Shown here: in pieces, positions 36,299 through 46,847 of the stretch | Position numbering within the stretch: the stretch's first letter is position 1 | How the letters are laid out: every line of letters starts with the position of its first letter | Assembly (NCBI GenBank): GCA_038204425.1 | Contig: JBBRCZ010000013.1 | Coordinates: 1-64,000, forward strand | Length of the DNA: 64,000 nucleotides | Reading direction: 5' to 3' | Origin: Spirochaetia bacterium | GTDB lineage: Bacteria > Spirochaetota > Spirochaetia > DSM-27196 > Salinispiraceae | Position numbers and translations under genes: made by a program | Notes under the pieces: model-generated | The model's input: only the letters and a program-made list of their open reading frames with translations | Told to the model about the DNA's origin: nothing | The model's database searches: none

Positions 36299-38448
36299 AC
36301 TTGGCTAGTTCCTTCTTTGTTGTTCTTAAGCGACAGGTCCAGAACATGCTTGAGAGCTTGGTGCTCGCTCTCCTGTAAGAGCGGGTCGGCTTCCAACAAG
36401 TCAAAGGCATCGGCTCGAGCTTGATTCATCAAGGCCATGTCTCTCTTTAGGTCGGCAGCGTGTAGTTTAAGGTAACCAGATTGGCGCAATCCGCGCAAGT
36501 CCCCGGGCCCACGCAAAGCAAGGTCTTGTTCGGCAATAACAAAACCATCGTTTTGTTCTTTTATGATCTTTAGTCGTGCTTTACCTTCGTCCGACAGAGG
36601 CTCTTTGTAGACCAAAAAACAATACGATTGCTCACTGCCGCGGCCAACGCGCCCCCGTAGTTGATGCAGTGCGGCAAGCCCAAATCGTTCGGCGTGCTCT
36701 ATAACCATACAGCTGGCGTTGGGGACGTCAACGCCCACTTCTACCACACTTGTTGCGACCAAAATCTGCACCGTACCGTTGCTAAAGCCACGCATGGCCG
36801 CTTGTTTTTCCTCTTCTTCAAGGCGAGAATGAACCATGGAACAGCTAAATTCAGGAAAGACTTCCTGACTCAACGTTTTAAACATGGCTTGGGCATTTTT
36901 GAGTTCACCTTCAAAGCTCAGTTGACCGCTCTGGGGACCTTCGTCGCTTGAAGCGCTGCCATCGTCAATTAGTGGATAGACAAAGTAGGCTTGCCTGCCA
37001 AGTGCCAGTTGACTGCGTACCCAGTCGTAGACCTTTTTTTCGTTGCCAATGCGGGCTAAGTGGGTTTCTATCGGTTTGCGTTGCGCAGGCAGATCACGGA
37101 TCGCAAAGACTTCCATGTCACCAAATACCGTTAAGGCTAGGGTCTGAGGGATGGGCGTGGCGCTCATCATTAGCAAATTGGGCACTTTGGCCTTGGCACT
37201 CAAGGCTTTGCGTTGCACCACACCAAAGCGGTGTTGTTCGTCGACGATCACTAGGCGCAAGTTGGCATATTCCACAGGATCAGAGAATAAGCCATGCGTA
37301 CCGATTATCAGTTGTGCGTCACCATTTGCCAATGCTGACAACAAGCCAGGTTTGACCTTGTTTGTTAACGTGCCTGCCATTATGGCTACATTAATGCCAA
37401 GCGGAGCCAAAAGACTTGCCGCTTTTTCGGCATGCTGACGAGCCAAGAGAACGGTAGGAACCAAGAGTGCTGCTTGGCCACCTTCGGCAATAACCGCCAA
37501 AGCGGCCGCAAGCGCAACCAATGTTTTTCCACAACCAACGTCCCCCTGCAAAAGCAAGGAAAGTGGCCAAGCTTGTTGCATGAGGGCTAAGATGGTTCCC
37601 AAGGCCGAGTTTTGTCCGGCTGTCAGGTCAAAAGGCAGACCAACAATCAAGTCCTTAACAAGAGCAGGAAATTGCAGCGGTTCAAGTTGCTTGGCAAGTG
37701 TGCTAAGTTTGCTTGGATCTTGGCCAAGGGCTGCTAGTTTTTCTTCCAATACACGTCGAGCGATACCTGCCTGCAGTAAGAAAAGTTCATCATACGCTAA
37801 GCGCTGACGACAAGCTTCGGCCTCGACTGCGCTCTGAGGACCATGGACTTGCGTCAAAGCAAAAGGACGGGCTATCAAGTTGCGCTTTTGTATCAATGTT
37901 GGCGGAAGGTAGTCTTGGATGTGCCGACCGTAGTTGTCGATTGCATAAGCAATAACCTTGCGAAAAAAAGCCTGTCCCAAGTCGTCAAGCAAAGGGTAAC
38001 GCGGCAAGAGCATGCCAAAGTGGCTGACTTGAGCATCCAATTCTTCGTAGTCAAAGGCGCTTAGCTGCGTCTCGCCAAACTTGCGCACGGCCCAACCACA
38101 GAGCCTGATTTCTTTGCCAACACTCAGTTGGCGAGACAAAAAGTCTCTACCAAAACAAACCAAACTGGCTCGTCCGCCAGAATCCTCCACTTGCACCTTG
38201 AGGCTGCGTTTTGGTGGCTTGCCAAAAAACTCGTGACTTTGCACGCAGACTACAGTGTTTATCCAAACGGGCTGCGAACCGCGCACTTGGTCAAGACTTA
38301 CGCTGACAAGGCGATCTTCGTAGTCGCGTGGTAGATGCCACAAAAGATCAACAATAGTGTTGATTTCCGCCTTTTGCAGGACGGCTAAACTGTGCGGACC
38401 AACGCCGCGTACTTTATTGATCGGTTGAATCAAGTCCTCAAGCTGCAT
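36295..38448 (-). CDS. recG: ATP-dependent DNA helicase RecG
   Basis: PRDYEDR wedge, QGDVGCGKT, DEQHRFG, SATPIP, QLRGRVGRG, DLALRGPG. Confidence 0.97.
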   Translation of the reverse strand: MQLEDLIQPINKVRGVGPHSLAVLQKAEINTIVDLLWHLPRDYEDRLVSVSLDQVRGSQPVWINTVVCVQSHEFFGKPPKRSLKVQVEDSGGRASLVCFGRDFLSRQLSVGKEIRLCGWAVRKFGETQLSAFDYEELDAQVSHFGMLLPRYPLLDDLGQAFFRKVIAYAIDNYGRHIQDYLPPTLIQKRNLIARPFALTQVHGPQSAVEAEACRQRLAYDELFLLQAGIARRVLEEKLAALGQDPSKLSTLAKQLEPLQFPALVKDLIVGLPFDLTAGQNSALGTILALMQQAWPLSLLLQGDVGCGKTLVALAAALAVIAEGGQAALLVPTVLLARQHAEKAASLLAPLGINVAIMAGTLTNKVKPGLLSALANGDAQLIIGTHGLFSDPVEYANLRLVIVDEQHRFGVVQRKALSAKAKVPNLLMMSATPIPQTLALTVFGDMEVFAIRDLPAQRKPIETHLARIGNEKKVYDWVRSQLALGRQAYFVYPLIDDGSASSDEGPQSGQLSFEGELKNAQAMFKTLSQEVFPEFSCSMVHSRLEEEEKQAAMRGFSNGTVQILVATSVVEVGVDVPNASCMVIEHAERFGLAALHQLRGRVGRGSEQSYCFLVYKEPLSDEGKARLKIIKEQNDGFVIAEQDLALRGPGDLRGLRQSGYLKLHAADLKRDMALMNQARADAFDLLEADPLLQESEHQALKHVLDLSLKNNKEGTSQV

Positions 38449-38460
38449 GCGATGCCTTGG

Positions 38461-39063
38461 TCAAAAAGGAATGCCGACGCTAAGTGAGGCAAGCAAGTCA
38501 AAGACCAGCTTGACGCCAAGCCAGATTATGACCATCAAAGCACCATAGAGCGCAAGCCCGTTGGCGTAGGCAATTTTTTTGTGCGGACTTAGGCGGTTTA
38601 GGATTGGTGCTATCATGGGCTGCAAAATAGTATCCAGAAAGAACCAGATGCGATTTACCGTTGACGCCTTTACTAAAATGGCCACTAAGCGGATCGCTGC
38701 TAGGACAGCAAAGATAAGAAATAGTGAGCCAATGCTGCTACCAAGCATAGTCAGAATTAGGGCCAAAATGTAGCCAAACCTTGGAACAATTCCGCTCGAC
38801 AAGACCGAAAAGACTTGGACAACTATTTGAAGCAACATAAGTGCAAGAATAGGGCTTAGGTCAAAACCAGCGATCTGAAGAAACTTAAGACTTCTGAACG
38901 GCCTAAGATAAGGCTCAACTAGTTTGTCTATAAATTTTAGGGCATTTGGTCGCGCTGCGCCTTGCATAAACCAACGAGATACAAGGCTGATTAGAACTAA
39001 GACCAAGTAAACGGTCGCGAGAACCGAAACAATTGAGAAGCCAAATCGAGCAAGTTGATTCAT
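38461..39063 (-). CDS. yggT: YggT-family membrane protein
   Basis: EPYLRPFR...FDLSPILA motif, with a duplicated YggT-like unit. Confidence 0.88.
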   Translation of the reverse strand: MNQLARFGFSIVSVLATVYLVLVLISLVSRWFMQGAARPNALKFIDKLVEPYLRPFRSLKFLQIAGFDLSPILALMLLQIVVQVFSVLSSGIVPRFGYILALILTMLGSSIGSLFLIFAVLAAIRLVAILVKASTVNRIWFFLDTILQPMIAPILNRLSPHKKIAYANGLALYGALMVIIWLGVKLVFDLLASLSVGIPF

Positions 39064-39084
39064 TTTTGTAATTCCTTTAGATGT

Positions 39085-42000
39085 TTATACATCGGTGCTC
39101 AATACCAGCTCGGCCTCATCTGCAAGTGGATCTATTTCGTCGGCCTCGCTAGAGTCGGTGCTGTTGGTCCAAAGGTCAGAATCATCTGTCTCGACCATCA
39201 GTTCTTTGTAGTCGAGCTCAACTGCCAAGCGAGATTTTTGCCTAAGCATGGCTGGGTAGATCTTCCAAACCTCGGAAACACAGGGATTGCTTGCCACTTC
39301 GCTGAGTACTTCATTTTGACTCGACGCGAGTAAGCTGCGCGCAGGTCGAATTATAAGTTCTTCACTTGGGTCTGTGTCTTGTTTGAGATGCAAGTAGACC
39401 GGACAGCTGCCACTTTGGCCAAAAAGTGTCGATCTCAAACGGTAGAGCGCTTCGTTGTTGTTGGAACATCCCGTTTTGAGTCGCACATGTAGTTCGCCAC
39501 CTTGGCGGTCCTCAAGATCACCAAGCAGTCTAATCTCTTCCACCACAATCTGGGCCTTGCCACGCTCAAGATCGACCTTGCATATCAAACCAAAAATTTG
39601 GTCCACGACTAGCTGGGACTCAAACTTGTCCAAGTTGTCGGCAAAAAATACTGCTTCAACGTTGCCATTGTAATCTTCGAAATTGGCGATACCCATCCGT
39701 TTGCCGCGCTTGGTTATCACAAAGCGCAGACTGGTAAGTTGAGCTATCAACTGATAACGTTTTTCTGGATCTGCAAAATCAACCCTCGATAGGTCAAGAT
39801 TGGTGGCACGTTCCCAGTCTGAGCGTACGCTGTCCAATGGATGGCCAGAGAAGTAATTGCCCAAGAGTTCTTTTTCTTTGGCCAGTTTTTCTAAAAGTTC
39901 AAACTCTTGGCCATCAAGTGTAACTTCTCGATACTCTTCTTGCGGTGCATCATCAAAGAGCCCACTTTGACCAAACTTTTTACCGTCCTTTTTGGCTAGT
40001 GCGGCAGCCATAATCTGATCGAGCTTGCTCATTGCTGCTTGGCGATTGGGTATAATGCTGTCTAAACAACCAGAATAGATTAGGTTTTCCATGGCCTTGC
40101 GGTTGACTGTTCTTAGGTCCACTCGGTCGAGGAAGTCTTGAATGCTGGCAAAGCTGCCAGCTTGGCGACGTTGGTTGAGGATTTCCTCAACAACTGCGGC
40201 GCCAATACCCTTGACCCCCACGATGCCAAAAACTATCCGACCCTTGTCGACGGTAAAAGTCAGTTGGCTCACGTTTACATCGGGTGGTAAGACTTCTATC
40301 CCCATGGCTCGCGACTCAGTCAAATAGAGGCGAAACTTGTCTGGCACGCTGATTTCGTTGCTAAGGTTGGCTGCCATAAATTGGGCAGGAAAGTTGGCTT
40401 TGAGATAGGCTGTTCGATAACTGACCAGCGAGTAAGCGGCAGCGTGGCTTTTGTTAAAGCCGTAGCCGGCAAACTTATCTAATATATCAAAGATTTCATT
40501 GGCCTTATCGGCGCCAATACTATGCTGTAGCGCAGCGCCCTTGATAAAGGTAGCGCGCTGTTTGTCCATTTCGTCTTTCTTTTTTTTGCCCATAGCGCGA
40601 CGTAGCATGTCGGCGCCACCCAAGGAATAGCCGGCCACTATTTGCGCCGCCTGCATAACCTGTTCTTGGTATACCATAATGCCGTAGGTTTCTTTGAGAA
40701 TACCTTCTAGGCTGGGGTGGGGGTAGCTTATCGCTTTTCTACCCCACTTACAGTCAATAAATTGCGGAATGTATTCCATAGGTCCAGGCCGATAGAGCGA
40801 TGTCAGAGCTATTAAGTCCTCGATGCAGGTTGGTTTGGCTTTTTTAAGCGTGGCTTGCATGCCGTCGCCATCAAACTGAAATACAGCCGAACTCCTTCCT
40901 TCTCCCAACATTTCAAAGGTCTTTTTGTCAGTGTCGGAAACCTTCATTATGTCAAAGTTGGCATCAACAGTTTTGCGGATTAAGGCTTCGGTGTTGGAAA
41001 TCAGCGTCAGCGTCTTGAGGCCCAAAAAATCCATCTTCACCAAGCCACATTCTTCTAACATGTCCATGGTAAACTGAGTAGAAATTGCCCCAGTTTTGGG
41101 GTCACGGAACAGTGGCACGTATTTAGTCAGCTCTTCGCGGCCAATAACTACACCGGCGGCATGAGTAGAAGCGTGACGAGCCAAGCCTTCCAGTCCGATA
41201 GATATGTCAAAAAGCTCTTGGTAAATACCACCTCGTCCATAAAGCTCTTTGACGCCATTGGCCTGTTCGCAAAACGGCCCGCCACTAAGAAATTTCTTGC
41301 GAGTTTCGTCGGCCTTGTCTTTATAAGTTGTAGACCAATAATCGCTTTGCGCTTCGCTGATTAAATCTTTTAGGTGCAGCTTGGCGGCCGTTGGCCCGTC
41401 AGGAATATGCTTTACAATTTGGTTAGCTTCGCCAAAGGAGATATCAATTGCTCTAGCGACATCCTTAATAGCCGCCTTAGGTCTAAGCGTTCCAAAAGTT
41501 ATAATCTGACCAACGCGTTCTTTACCATATTTCTGGGTAACATAGTCAATTACCTCAGAGCGTCTTTCATAGCAGAAGTCTATGTCAAAGTCAGGCATGG
41601 ATACTCGTTCGGGGTTGAGAAAACGTTCAAAGAGCAAGTTGTAGCGGATAGGATCAATGTCAGTGATGTCCATGCTGTAAGCAACAATGCTACCAGCACC
41701 CGAACCGCGCCCTGGTCCAACTGGTATGCCGTGGTCCTTGGCATAGCGTATAAAATCTCCAACTATAAGGAAATAGCCCACAAATCCCATGCGGATAATT
41801 ACATGCAATTCAAAGTCAAGCCGTTCGATCAATGAGTTCTCTGGCAAGTCTCCGTAGCGCTTTTGTAAACCACGGTTGGACAACCAAACAAAGTACCTCG
41901 TGGCTGGATCCTCAATTTGTTGACGAACTTTTTGGCTGTCGTTTGCAAATCTAGTTGCTAAGCGGTCAAGATCAATACTCATCTGCTCGCTTGACTGCAT

Positions 42001-42906
42001 AAGAAAATCAGTCGGAACGTCGTAGTCGGGAAGTAGCGGGCCAGGCAAGTCGAGCTTTAGATTGCATTGCTCAGCTATCAGAAGTGTATTGGACAAGACA
42101 TGAGGAATATGGCCAAACAAAGCCTCCATTTCTTGCGACGACTTGAGGTAAAACTCATTGGAAGAGAACTTAAAGCGACCGGCTTCGTGCCGTTTTCGCT
42201 TGGAACCAATGCACAAAAGCACATCGTGGGCCAGACTATCTTCTTTTTTTAAATAATAACAATCATTGCTTGCCACCAAGGGAAGATCCAAATCTTTGGC
42301 TAGCTCCAAGAGACCTTGGTTTATGATTTTTTGTTCAGTGATTCCGTGGTCAGAAAGCTCCAAAAAAAAGCGGTCTTTGCCAAAAAGCTCACGATAGAAC
42401 TCAGCAGCTTTGCGGGCTTCTTGTACGCGGTTGCTTCTCAACAGACTCGGTATTTCGCCGCCCATACCACCCGAAAGTGCAATGGTATCGGCTGAGTGAC
42501 GACTGAGCAGTTCCTTGTCGATGCGGGGTCGATAATAGAAGCCTTCTGTGTAAGCTGCTGACGACATGAGCGAAATATTTTGGTAGCCATTGCGGTTTTT
42601 GGCTAGCAGGACTATACGGTGATAGCGATTTGCGTTCTCATTGTTGCCTTTCTCTAGCCGGCTACCAAGCGCCAAAAAGAAATCGCAGCCAACAATTGGC
42701 TTAAGGCCAGCCTCAGGCTTATCACTTTTTTGACTCGCTGAGCACTCTTTGTAAAACTTAAGCGCGCCAAAAAGGTTGCCGTCATCCGTCAGGGCAATTG
42801 CTCTTTGGCCCAGCTTTTGAGCAGTTTTTACCAAGCCTGCTACTGTAGCAGATGCGCGAAGCAGACTAAAGTCTGAATGATTGTGAAGATGTACAAACTC
42901 GGACAC
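39085..42906 (-). CDS. dnaE: DNA polymerase III alpha subunit
   Basis: PHP FVHLHNHSDFSLL, GRGSGAGS, PDFDIDF, KMDFLGL, YGFNKSHAAAY, OB fold. GTG start at 42906. Confidence 0.98.
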   Translation of the reverse strand: MSEFVHLHNHSDFSLLRASATVAGLVKTAQKLGQRAIALTDDGNLFGALKFYKECSASQKSDKPEAGLKPIVGCDFFLALGSRLEKGNNENANRYHRIVLLAKNRNGYQNISLMSSAAYTEGFYYRPRIDKELLSRHSADTIALSGGMGGEIPSLLRSNRVQEARKAAEFYRELFGKDRFFLELSDHGITEQKIINQGLLELAKDLDLPLVASNDCYYLKKEDSLAHDVLLCIGSKRKRHEAGRFKFSSNEFYLKSSQEMEALFGHIPHVLSNTLLIAEQCNLKLDLPGPLLPDYDVPTDFLMQSSEQMSIDLDRLATRFANDSQKVRQQIEDPATRYFVWLSNRGLQKRYGDLPENSLIERLDFELHVIIRMGFVGYFLIVGDFIRYAKDHGIPVGPGRGSGAGSIVAYSMDITDIDPIRYNLLFERFLNPERVSMPDFDIDFCYERRSEVIDYVTQKYGKERVGQIITFGTLRPKAAIKDVARAIDISFGEANQIVKHIPDGPTAAKLHLKDLISEAQSDYWSTTYKDKADETRKKFLSGGPFCEQANGVKELYGRGGIYQELFDISIGLEGLARHASTHAAGVVIGREELTKYVPLFRDPKTGAISTQFTMDMLEECGLVKMDFLGLKTLTLISNTEALIRKTVDANFDIMKVSDTDKKTFEMLGEGRSSAVFQFDGDGMQATLKKAKPTCIEDLIALTSLYRPGPMEYIPQFIDCKWGRKAISYPHPSLEGILKETYGIMVYQEQVMQAAQIVAGYSLGGADMLRRAMGKKKKDEMDKQRATFIKGAALQHSIGADKANEIFDILDKFAGYGFNKSHAAAYSLVSYRTAYLKANFPAQFMAANLSNEISVPDKFRLYLTESRAMGIEVLPPDVNVSQLTFTVDKGRIVFGIVGVKGIGAAVVEEILNQRRQAGSFASIQDFLDRVDLRTVNRKAMENLIYSGCLDSIIPNRQAAMSKLDQIMAAALAKKDGKKFGQSGLFDDAPQEEYREVTLDGQEFELLEKLAKEKELLGNYFSGHPLDSVRSDWERATNLDLSRVDFADPEKRYQLIAQLTSLRFVITKRGKRMGIANFEDYNGNVEAVFFADNLDKFESQLVVDQIFGLICKVDLERGKAQIVVEEIRLLGDLEDRQGGELHVRLKTGCSNNNEALYRLRSTLFGQSGSCPVYLHLKQDTDPSEELIIRPARSLLASSQNEVLSEVASNPCVSEVWKIYPAMLRQKSRLAVELDYKELMVETDDSDLWTNSTDSSEADEIDPLADEAELVLSTDV

Positions 42907-42964
42907 AGTTAATGATACTACTGCGTTCGCCAAAGTAGGTAAAGGTCTCGCCAAGTATAAAGTT

Positions 42965-44170
42965 CTAAACTTGACCAGCTTTTGGCATAGGTAAGACAAA
43001 ACTCAAGGTGCTGCCCTTGCCAAGTTGGCTCACTACTTTGAGCTCACCACCGTTGTTAAGTGCAATGTCATTGCACAGTATCAGCCCCAGACCACTGCCG
43101 GTTTCGCCTTCTGTACCGTTGCCGTGTGCGCTCTCAGTCAAAGAAAAGAGCTTTTCTTGTTGAGCGACAGTCATGCCTAGTCCATAGTCTTTTACACTTA
43201 CACAAACCCAATCTTTGTTTGCACTTGCCGCAATCTCTATCTGCCCATCTTTGTAGCTAAATTTGATCGCATTGGAGATCAAGTTACGTACCATGGTGTT
43301 TATCATTGCATCATCGGCCCATACTTCTAAATCCTTTGGCAGCGATGTCTTGAGTCTTAAATTCTTGTGCAAAAGCTGAGGCTCCAAGAGTTTAACGGTT
43401 GCCGCTATCATCGAGTCTATAGTAAGGCGGCTGGCATGGTTCTTATAAGAACCATTTTGCATACTTGACCAAGACAGCAGATTTTCCAAAAGACGATAGG
43501 TTTGTTCGGCTGATTCCTTTAGTACCCTAAGCATCGCCCTCAGATCGTTGGCACCCAGCGTGCCTTCTACTAGCTCTGCTAGTATCGCAGCCGTGCTTCC
43601 GATTGGCCCGCGTAAATCGTGAGCTAATATAGAAAAAAACCTATTTTTGCTTGCGTTGGAAAGGGCCAGCTCTCGGTTAGTTTCTTTCAAAAAGCCTTCC
43701 AGCACTTTGCTTTTGGTTATATCAAAGACTATGCCCGCCACTAAGATTGGCTTTCCTTGCGGGTCTCGCTTGGTAACTACGCCGCGGTCGTAGTACCATT
43801 TCCAGTCACCAGATTTGCAATGAATACGATATTCTACCTCGTAAGCATCACTTTTTCCAAACAGGTGGGAGCGCATATTTTCCATGACTCGTTCGTAATC
43901 CTCAGGATGAAGCTTCTCAGTAAAAAACTCAAAGCCTATCGGGCCATCGATCTCGCTGGGATTGTAACCAAGGGCGGTGGCTTTGAGAGAATTAAAAGTG
44001 ACGCAATTTGAAGAAATATCCCATTGCCAGTGGCCTAAGTTGCCGCTCCACTCATATTCTAGATTGAGCTGTTTTTGGCGCTCAGCTTCGAGCAAAGCTA
44101 GATTGGCTTCCAATTGTTGTACACGTTGGACTAACTGCTCGTTAGGCATAGATTGTAGATCTTCACTCAC
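42965..44170 (-). CDS. Cytoplasmic PAS-domain histidine kinase
   Basis: PAS_3 (LHPEDYERV, EYRI, WYYDRG), ILAHDLRGP, NLISNAIKFS, GSGLGL. Confidence 0.93.
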   Translation of the reverse strand: MSEDLQSMPNEQLVQRVQQLEANLALLEAERQKQLNLEYEWSGNLGHWQWDISSNCVTFNSLKATALGYNPSEIDGPIGFEFFTEKLHPEDYERVMENMRSHLFGKSDAYEVEYRIHCKSGDWKWYYDRGVVTKRDPQGKPILVAGIVFDITKSKVLEGFLKETNRELALSNASKNRFFSILAHDLRGPIGSTAAILAELVEGTLGANDLRAMLRVLKESAEQTYRLLENLLSWSSMQNGSYKNHASRLTIDSMIAATVKLLEPQLLHKNLRLKTSLPKDLEVWADDAMINTMVRNLISNAIKFSYKDGQIEIAASANKDWVCVSVKDYGLGMTVAQQEKLFSLTESAHGNGTEGETGSGLGLILCNDIALNNGGELKVVSQLGKGSTLSFVLPMPKAGQV

Positions 44171-46149
44171 ATGGTACTCCCTGCTTCGGCCGCTACTGTA
44201 AAACTCTTGGTATACTGATTTATAAAATAAAATCGTTCCAGAATGCTATCAACTTCATCACGTCTGGCAATTTGGACTAGTTCTCTAACGAGTGAGTCAG
44301 CTTCGTCTTTGAGTCCGTCCACTTTTTGCCATTCAAAAACTATAGCGGTTTCTCCCAGTCTAATACTGGCAAGTAGACTGAGACGAGCTGCCACTATGAG
44401 CGCTTCAACGGTTTGCAGGCCAGCTAGCTCAGCTGGGCCTTCTATAGTTTCATTTTCTTCAGGCAGCTTAAGTTCCTGATCGGCTTGGGTGCTGCCTCGC
44501 ACCTGAGCTGGTGCGCTTGGGCAGCGTAGCCTAATAAAATCTGCCAAGGCCTTACCCAAACCACCGTAGAGTGCATGCAACTCTTGCAGGCAAGCCAAAA
44601 CGTTTAGTTCTGGCCCTTCGGACTTCTTAACATCCATAATTAGTTGATTATAGCGGTGCTGAGTAAAGTTAGCCAAAGTCGCACTCGCGTTACCAAGTCT
44701 GTCCACAATCAATTTAATGCGGCTTATCTGGGCTGGAATTACGCCGGTCTGAAAAAGCACTAGTTTTCGGCGCGACTGGAGGTTGACGCTGCCAGCTAAA
44801 AGTCCAGAAAAACTATTGATAAAGTGGTCGCAGAAGTCCAAAGCCCACTGAGCAATGCTGTCGTGTGTCCGAGAAAAACTCGGCATCAAATTGTTGGTTT
44901 CGACTTCTTTTGGCGGTTTCTTTTCGTTGCAGAATTGTTCGAGCACCGAAAAGTCTATTTTTGAGGCTGCTGAATACTTAATCTCCTGTGTGTCTTTGTT
45001 CAAAAAAAGGCCAGATTCGGCAGGAATAAAAAAATGCAAACGCAGCGTTTCGTGAAAAAGCAGGCTCAGGTTTTCAAGTCTTTTGACAAGCTGACCAATG
45101 TGGCGATCAATTTCTATCTGGACTTCTTGACTGCAGTCAAACACACCCTCAGGAAAAAAAGAGGCATGGTTGGCAGGTATCATTTCAGAAAGCTCAACAA
45201 AACGATGGCTCTGCAACATCCACAGCGACAAGAGTAAACTCGCGATGGTTTGACTTTTGTCGTTCTTACCAAAAAACTTGCCTAAGGCCTCCTGTACAAG
45301 ATTGTACCTTTCTATTTCTAGACCCAAAGCGCGCCGGGCCGTCTCTACAATTTGTGAAAGCTGCTTGGGACTGTTCTTGTCAGAGAAGAAGACAAGGACA
45401 TGGGGTGCAAGTGCTTTAAAAGGAAGTACTATCCTGTCATGGGGAACTTTTTGCAACTGATAGTTGGTTCGGGAAATGTCAAGCACAAGATTATAGAAGG
45501 CGGACAAACGATTGTAGCTGTTCTTGTCGATGTGCAACCAGCCTCGACGTAGTAAAGGCGGTATGCCGTCCAGCAAAACGCTGATGAGATTTTCTTTTAA
45601 GTTCTTGTTAAACCAGATTTGTGACTGCGGGTCAGCTTTGAGGGTAAAAGGAAACGAGCCTCGCGTGATCGTTTGCATGCTCTCTCCATAGCTTCGGATT
45701 AGACCTTGGTGCCTAAAAAAGTATGCAAAGATCCCGACTGAGTGGGGCTCCACAATGAAGCGACTGCGATTTCTTTTTGCTTGTCGAGCACCGGTGCTGG
45801 TCACGCCCTGGGTCTTTTCAGTATCTAGCGACGCTTTGTCTAAACCATCATCAAGATCGGACTTGAGACTGGATTTTTCTTTTGCGATGGGTCGGGGATC
45901 AGAAACAATTGTTTTCTTTGGCTTGTCGTTGCCATGCGTTGGCGCTTCACCTTCGTCACGGGCGTCAATGGTGGCAATTTTGACAAGTTTCTCAGCAATG
46001 GAGAGTTTGCTTCGGACTATTGCCTCTACCTGCAGTGATTTAGCGTCGCTGCGAGGCTTTTGCAGCAGGACCCCAAGCTTGAATAACTGCGCAGCCTGGT
46101 TGCTGTCGCTAGCTGAAGTATCAAAATCTTCATTGTCTCCATTGTCCAT
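44167..46149 (-). CDS. Hypothetical helical protein
   Basis: Long ORF with a low-complexity N-terminus. Its stop overlaps the kinase start (GTGA). Confidence 0.75.
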   Translation of the reverse strand: MDNGDNEDFDTSASDSNQAAQLFKLGVLLQKPRSDAKSLQVEAIVRSKLSIAEKLVKIATIDARDEGEAPTHGNDKPKKTIVSDPRPIAKEKSSLKSDLDDGLDKASLDTEKTQGVTSTGARQAKRNRSRFIVEPHSVGIFAYFFRHQGLIRSYGESMQTITRGSFPFTLKADPQSQIWFNKNLKENLISVLLDGIPPLLRRGWLHIDKNSYNRLSAFYNLVLDISRTNYQLQKVPHDRIVLPFKALAPHVLVFFSDKNSPKQLSQIVETARRALGLEIERYNLVQEALGKFFGKNDKSQTIASLLLSLWMLQSHRFVELSEMIPANHASFFPEGVFDCSQEVQIEIDRHIGQLVKRLENLSLLFHETLRLHFFIPAESGLFLNKDTQEIKYSAASKIDFSVLEQFCNEKKPPKEVETNNLMPSFSRTHDSIAQWALDFCDHFINSFSGLLAGSVNLQSRRKLVLFQTGVIPAQISRIKLIVDRLGNASATLANFTQHRYNQLIMDVKKSEGPELNVLACLQELHALYGGLGKALADFIRLRCPSAPAQVRGSTQADQELKLPEENETIEGPAELAGLQTVEALIVAARLSLLASIRLGETAIVFEWQKVDGLKDEADSLVRELVQIARRDEVDSILERFYFINQYTKSFTVAAEAGSTM

Positions 46150-46246
46150 AGTCAAACTCTAAATCATAAGCGTCAAGATTTCAAACGAAATAGACTTACT
46201 GTTGCTACTTGCAGGCTGGCATGTTTGGCTGCATAATTTGTACACG

Positions 46247-46789
46247 ATGAGAATATTAAATGCTTCTGCCCAGTGTCTGGTAATCGATATGCAAGAAAGA
46301 CTCTTGCCAGTAATTCATGATTCAAACAAGTTGATCGACAAAGTGCTGCTCTTGCTCGCAGGACTCAAAGTGCTGCAAGTGCCAATCCTTATTAGTGAGC
46401 AGTACCCCAAAGGGCTCGGCCCCAGTTTAGAAAGCATCGCCCGTTGTGTTGAGGCAGGCAAAATATTGCCAAAAATAAGCTTTAGCTGTGTTGACGATGA
46501 GGCGATTTTGTCTACTTTGGTGCAGACCAATCGATGTCATGTGATCGTGTGCGGTGTTGAGGCCCACGTCTGTGTTCAACAAACGGTTGTCGACCTCTTG
46601 GTTCAAGGTTATACACCGGTTGTGCTTGCAGACTGTGTCAGTAGTCGCAATCCAGAGGACTGCAGCGCAGCACTGGAACGCATGCGCCACGAAGGGGCAG
46701 TGATTACGCGCGTTGAGTCACTGCTTTTTGAACTGACACGCTACGCTGGCAGCCAAACATTTAAGTCGATTTCTCATCTGGTAAAATAG
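46247..46789 (+). CDS. Isochorismatase-family hydrolase
   Basis: IDMQERL, SEQYPKGLG, KISFSC, GVEAHVCVQQT. Confidence 0.93.
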   Translation: MRILNASAQCLVIDMQERLLPVIHDSNKLIDKVLLLLAGLKVLQVPILISEQYPKGLGPSLESIARCVEAGKILPKISFSCVDDEAILSTLVQTNRCHVIVCGVEAHVCVQQTVVDLLVQGYTPVVLADCVSSRNPEDCSAALERMRHEGAVITRVESLLFELTRYAGSQTFKSISHLVK

Positions 46790-46847
46790 CAAGTCAGCAT
46801 AGATAGTTAATAGAGTCAGATCTATTACTGACGAAAGGACTCACTTT

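Noticed and set aside
39085..42906. Intein in dnaE
   Set aside because: No C/S-start...HN-C/S/T splice motifs or LAGLIDADG blocks, and the insertions are only about 30 aa.
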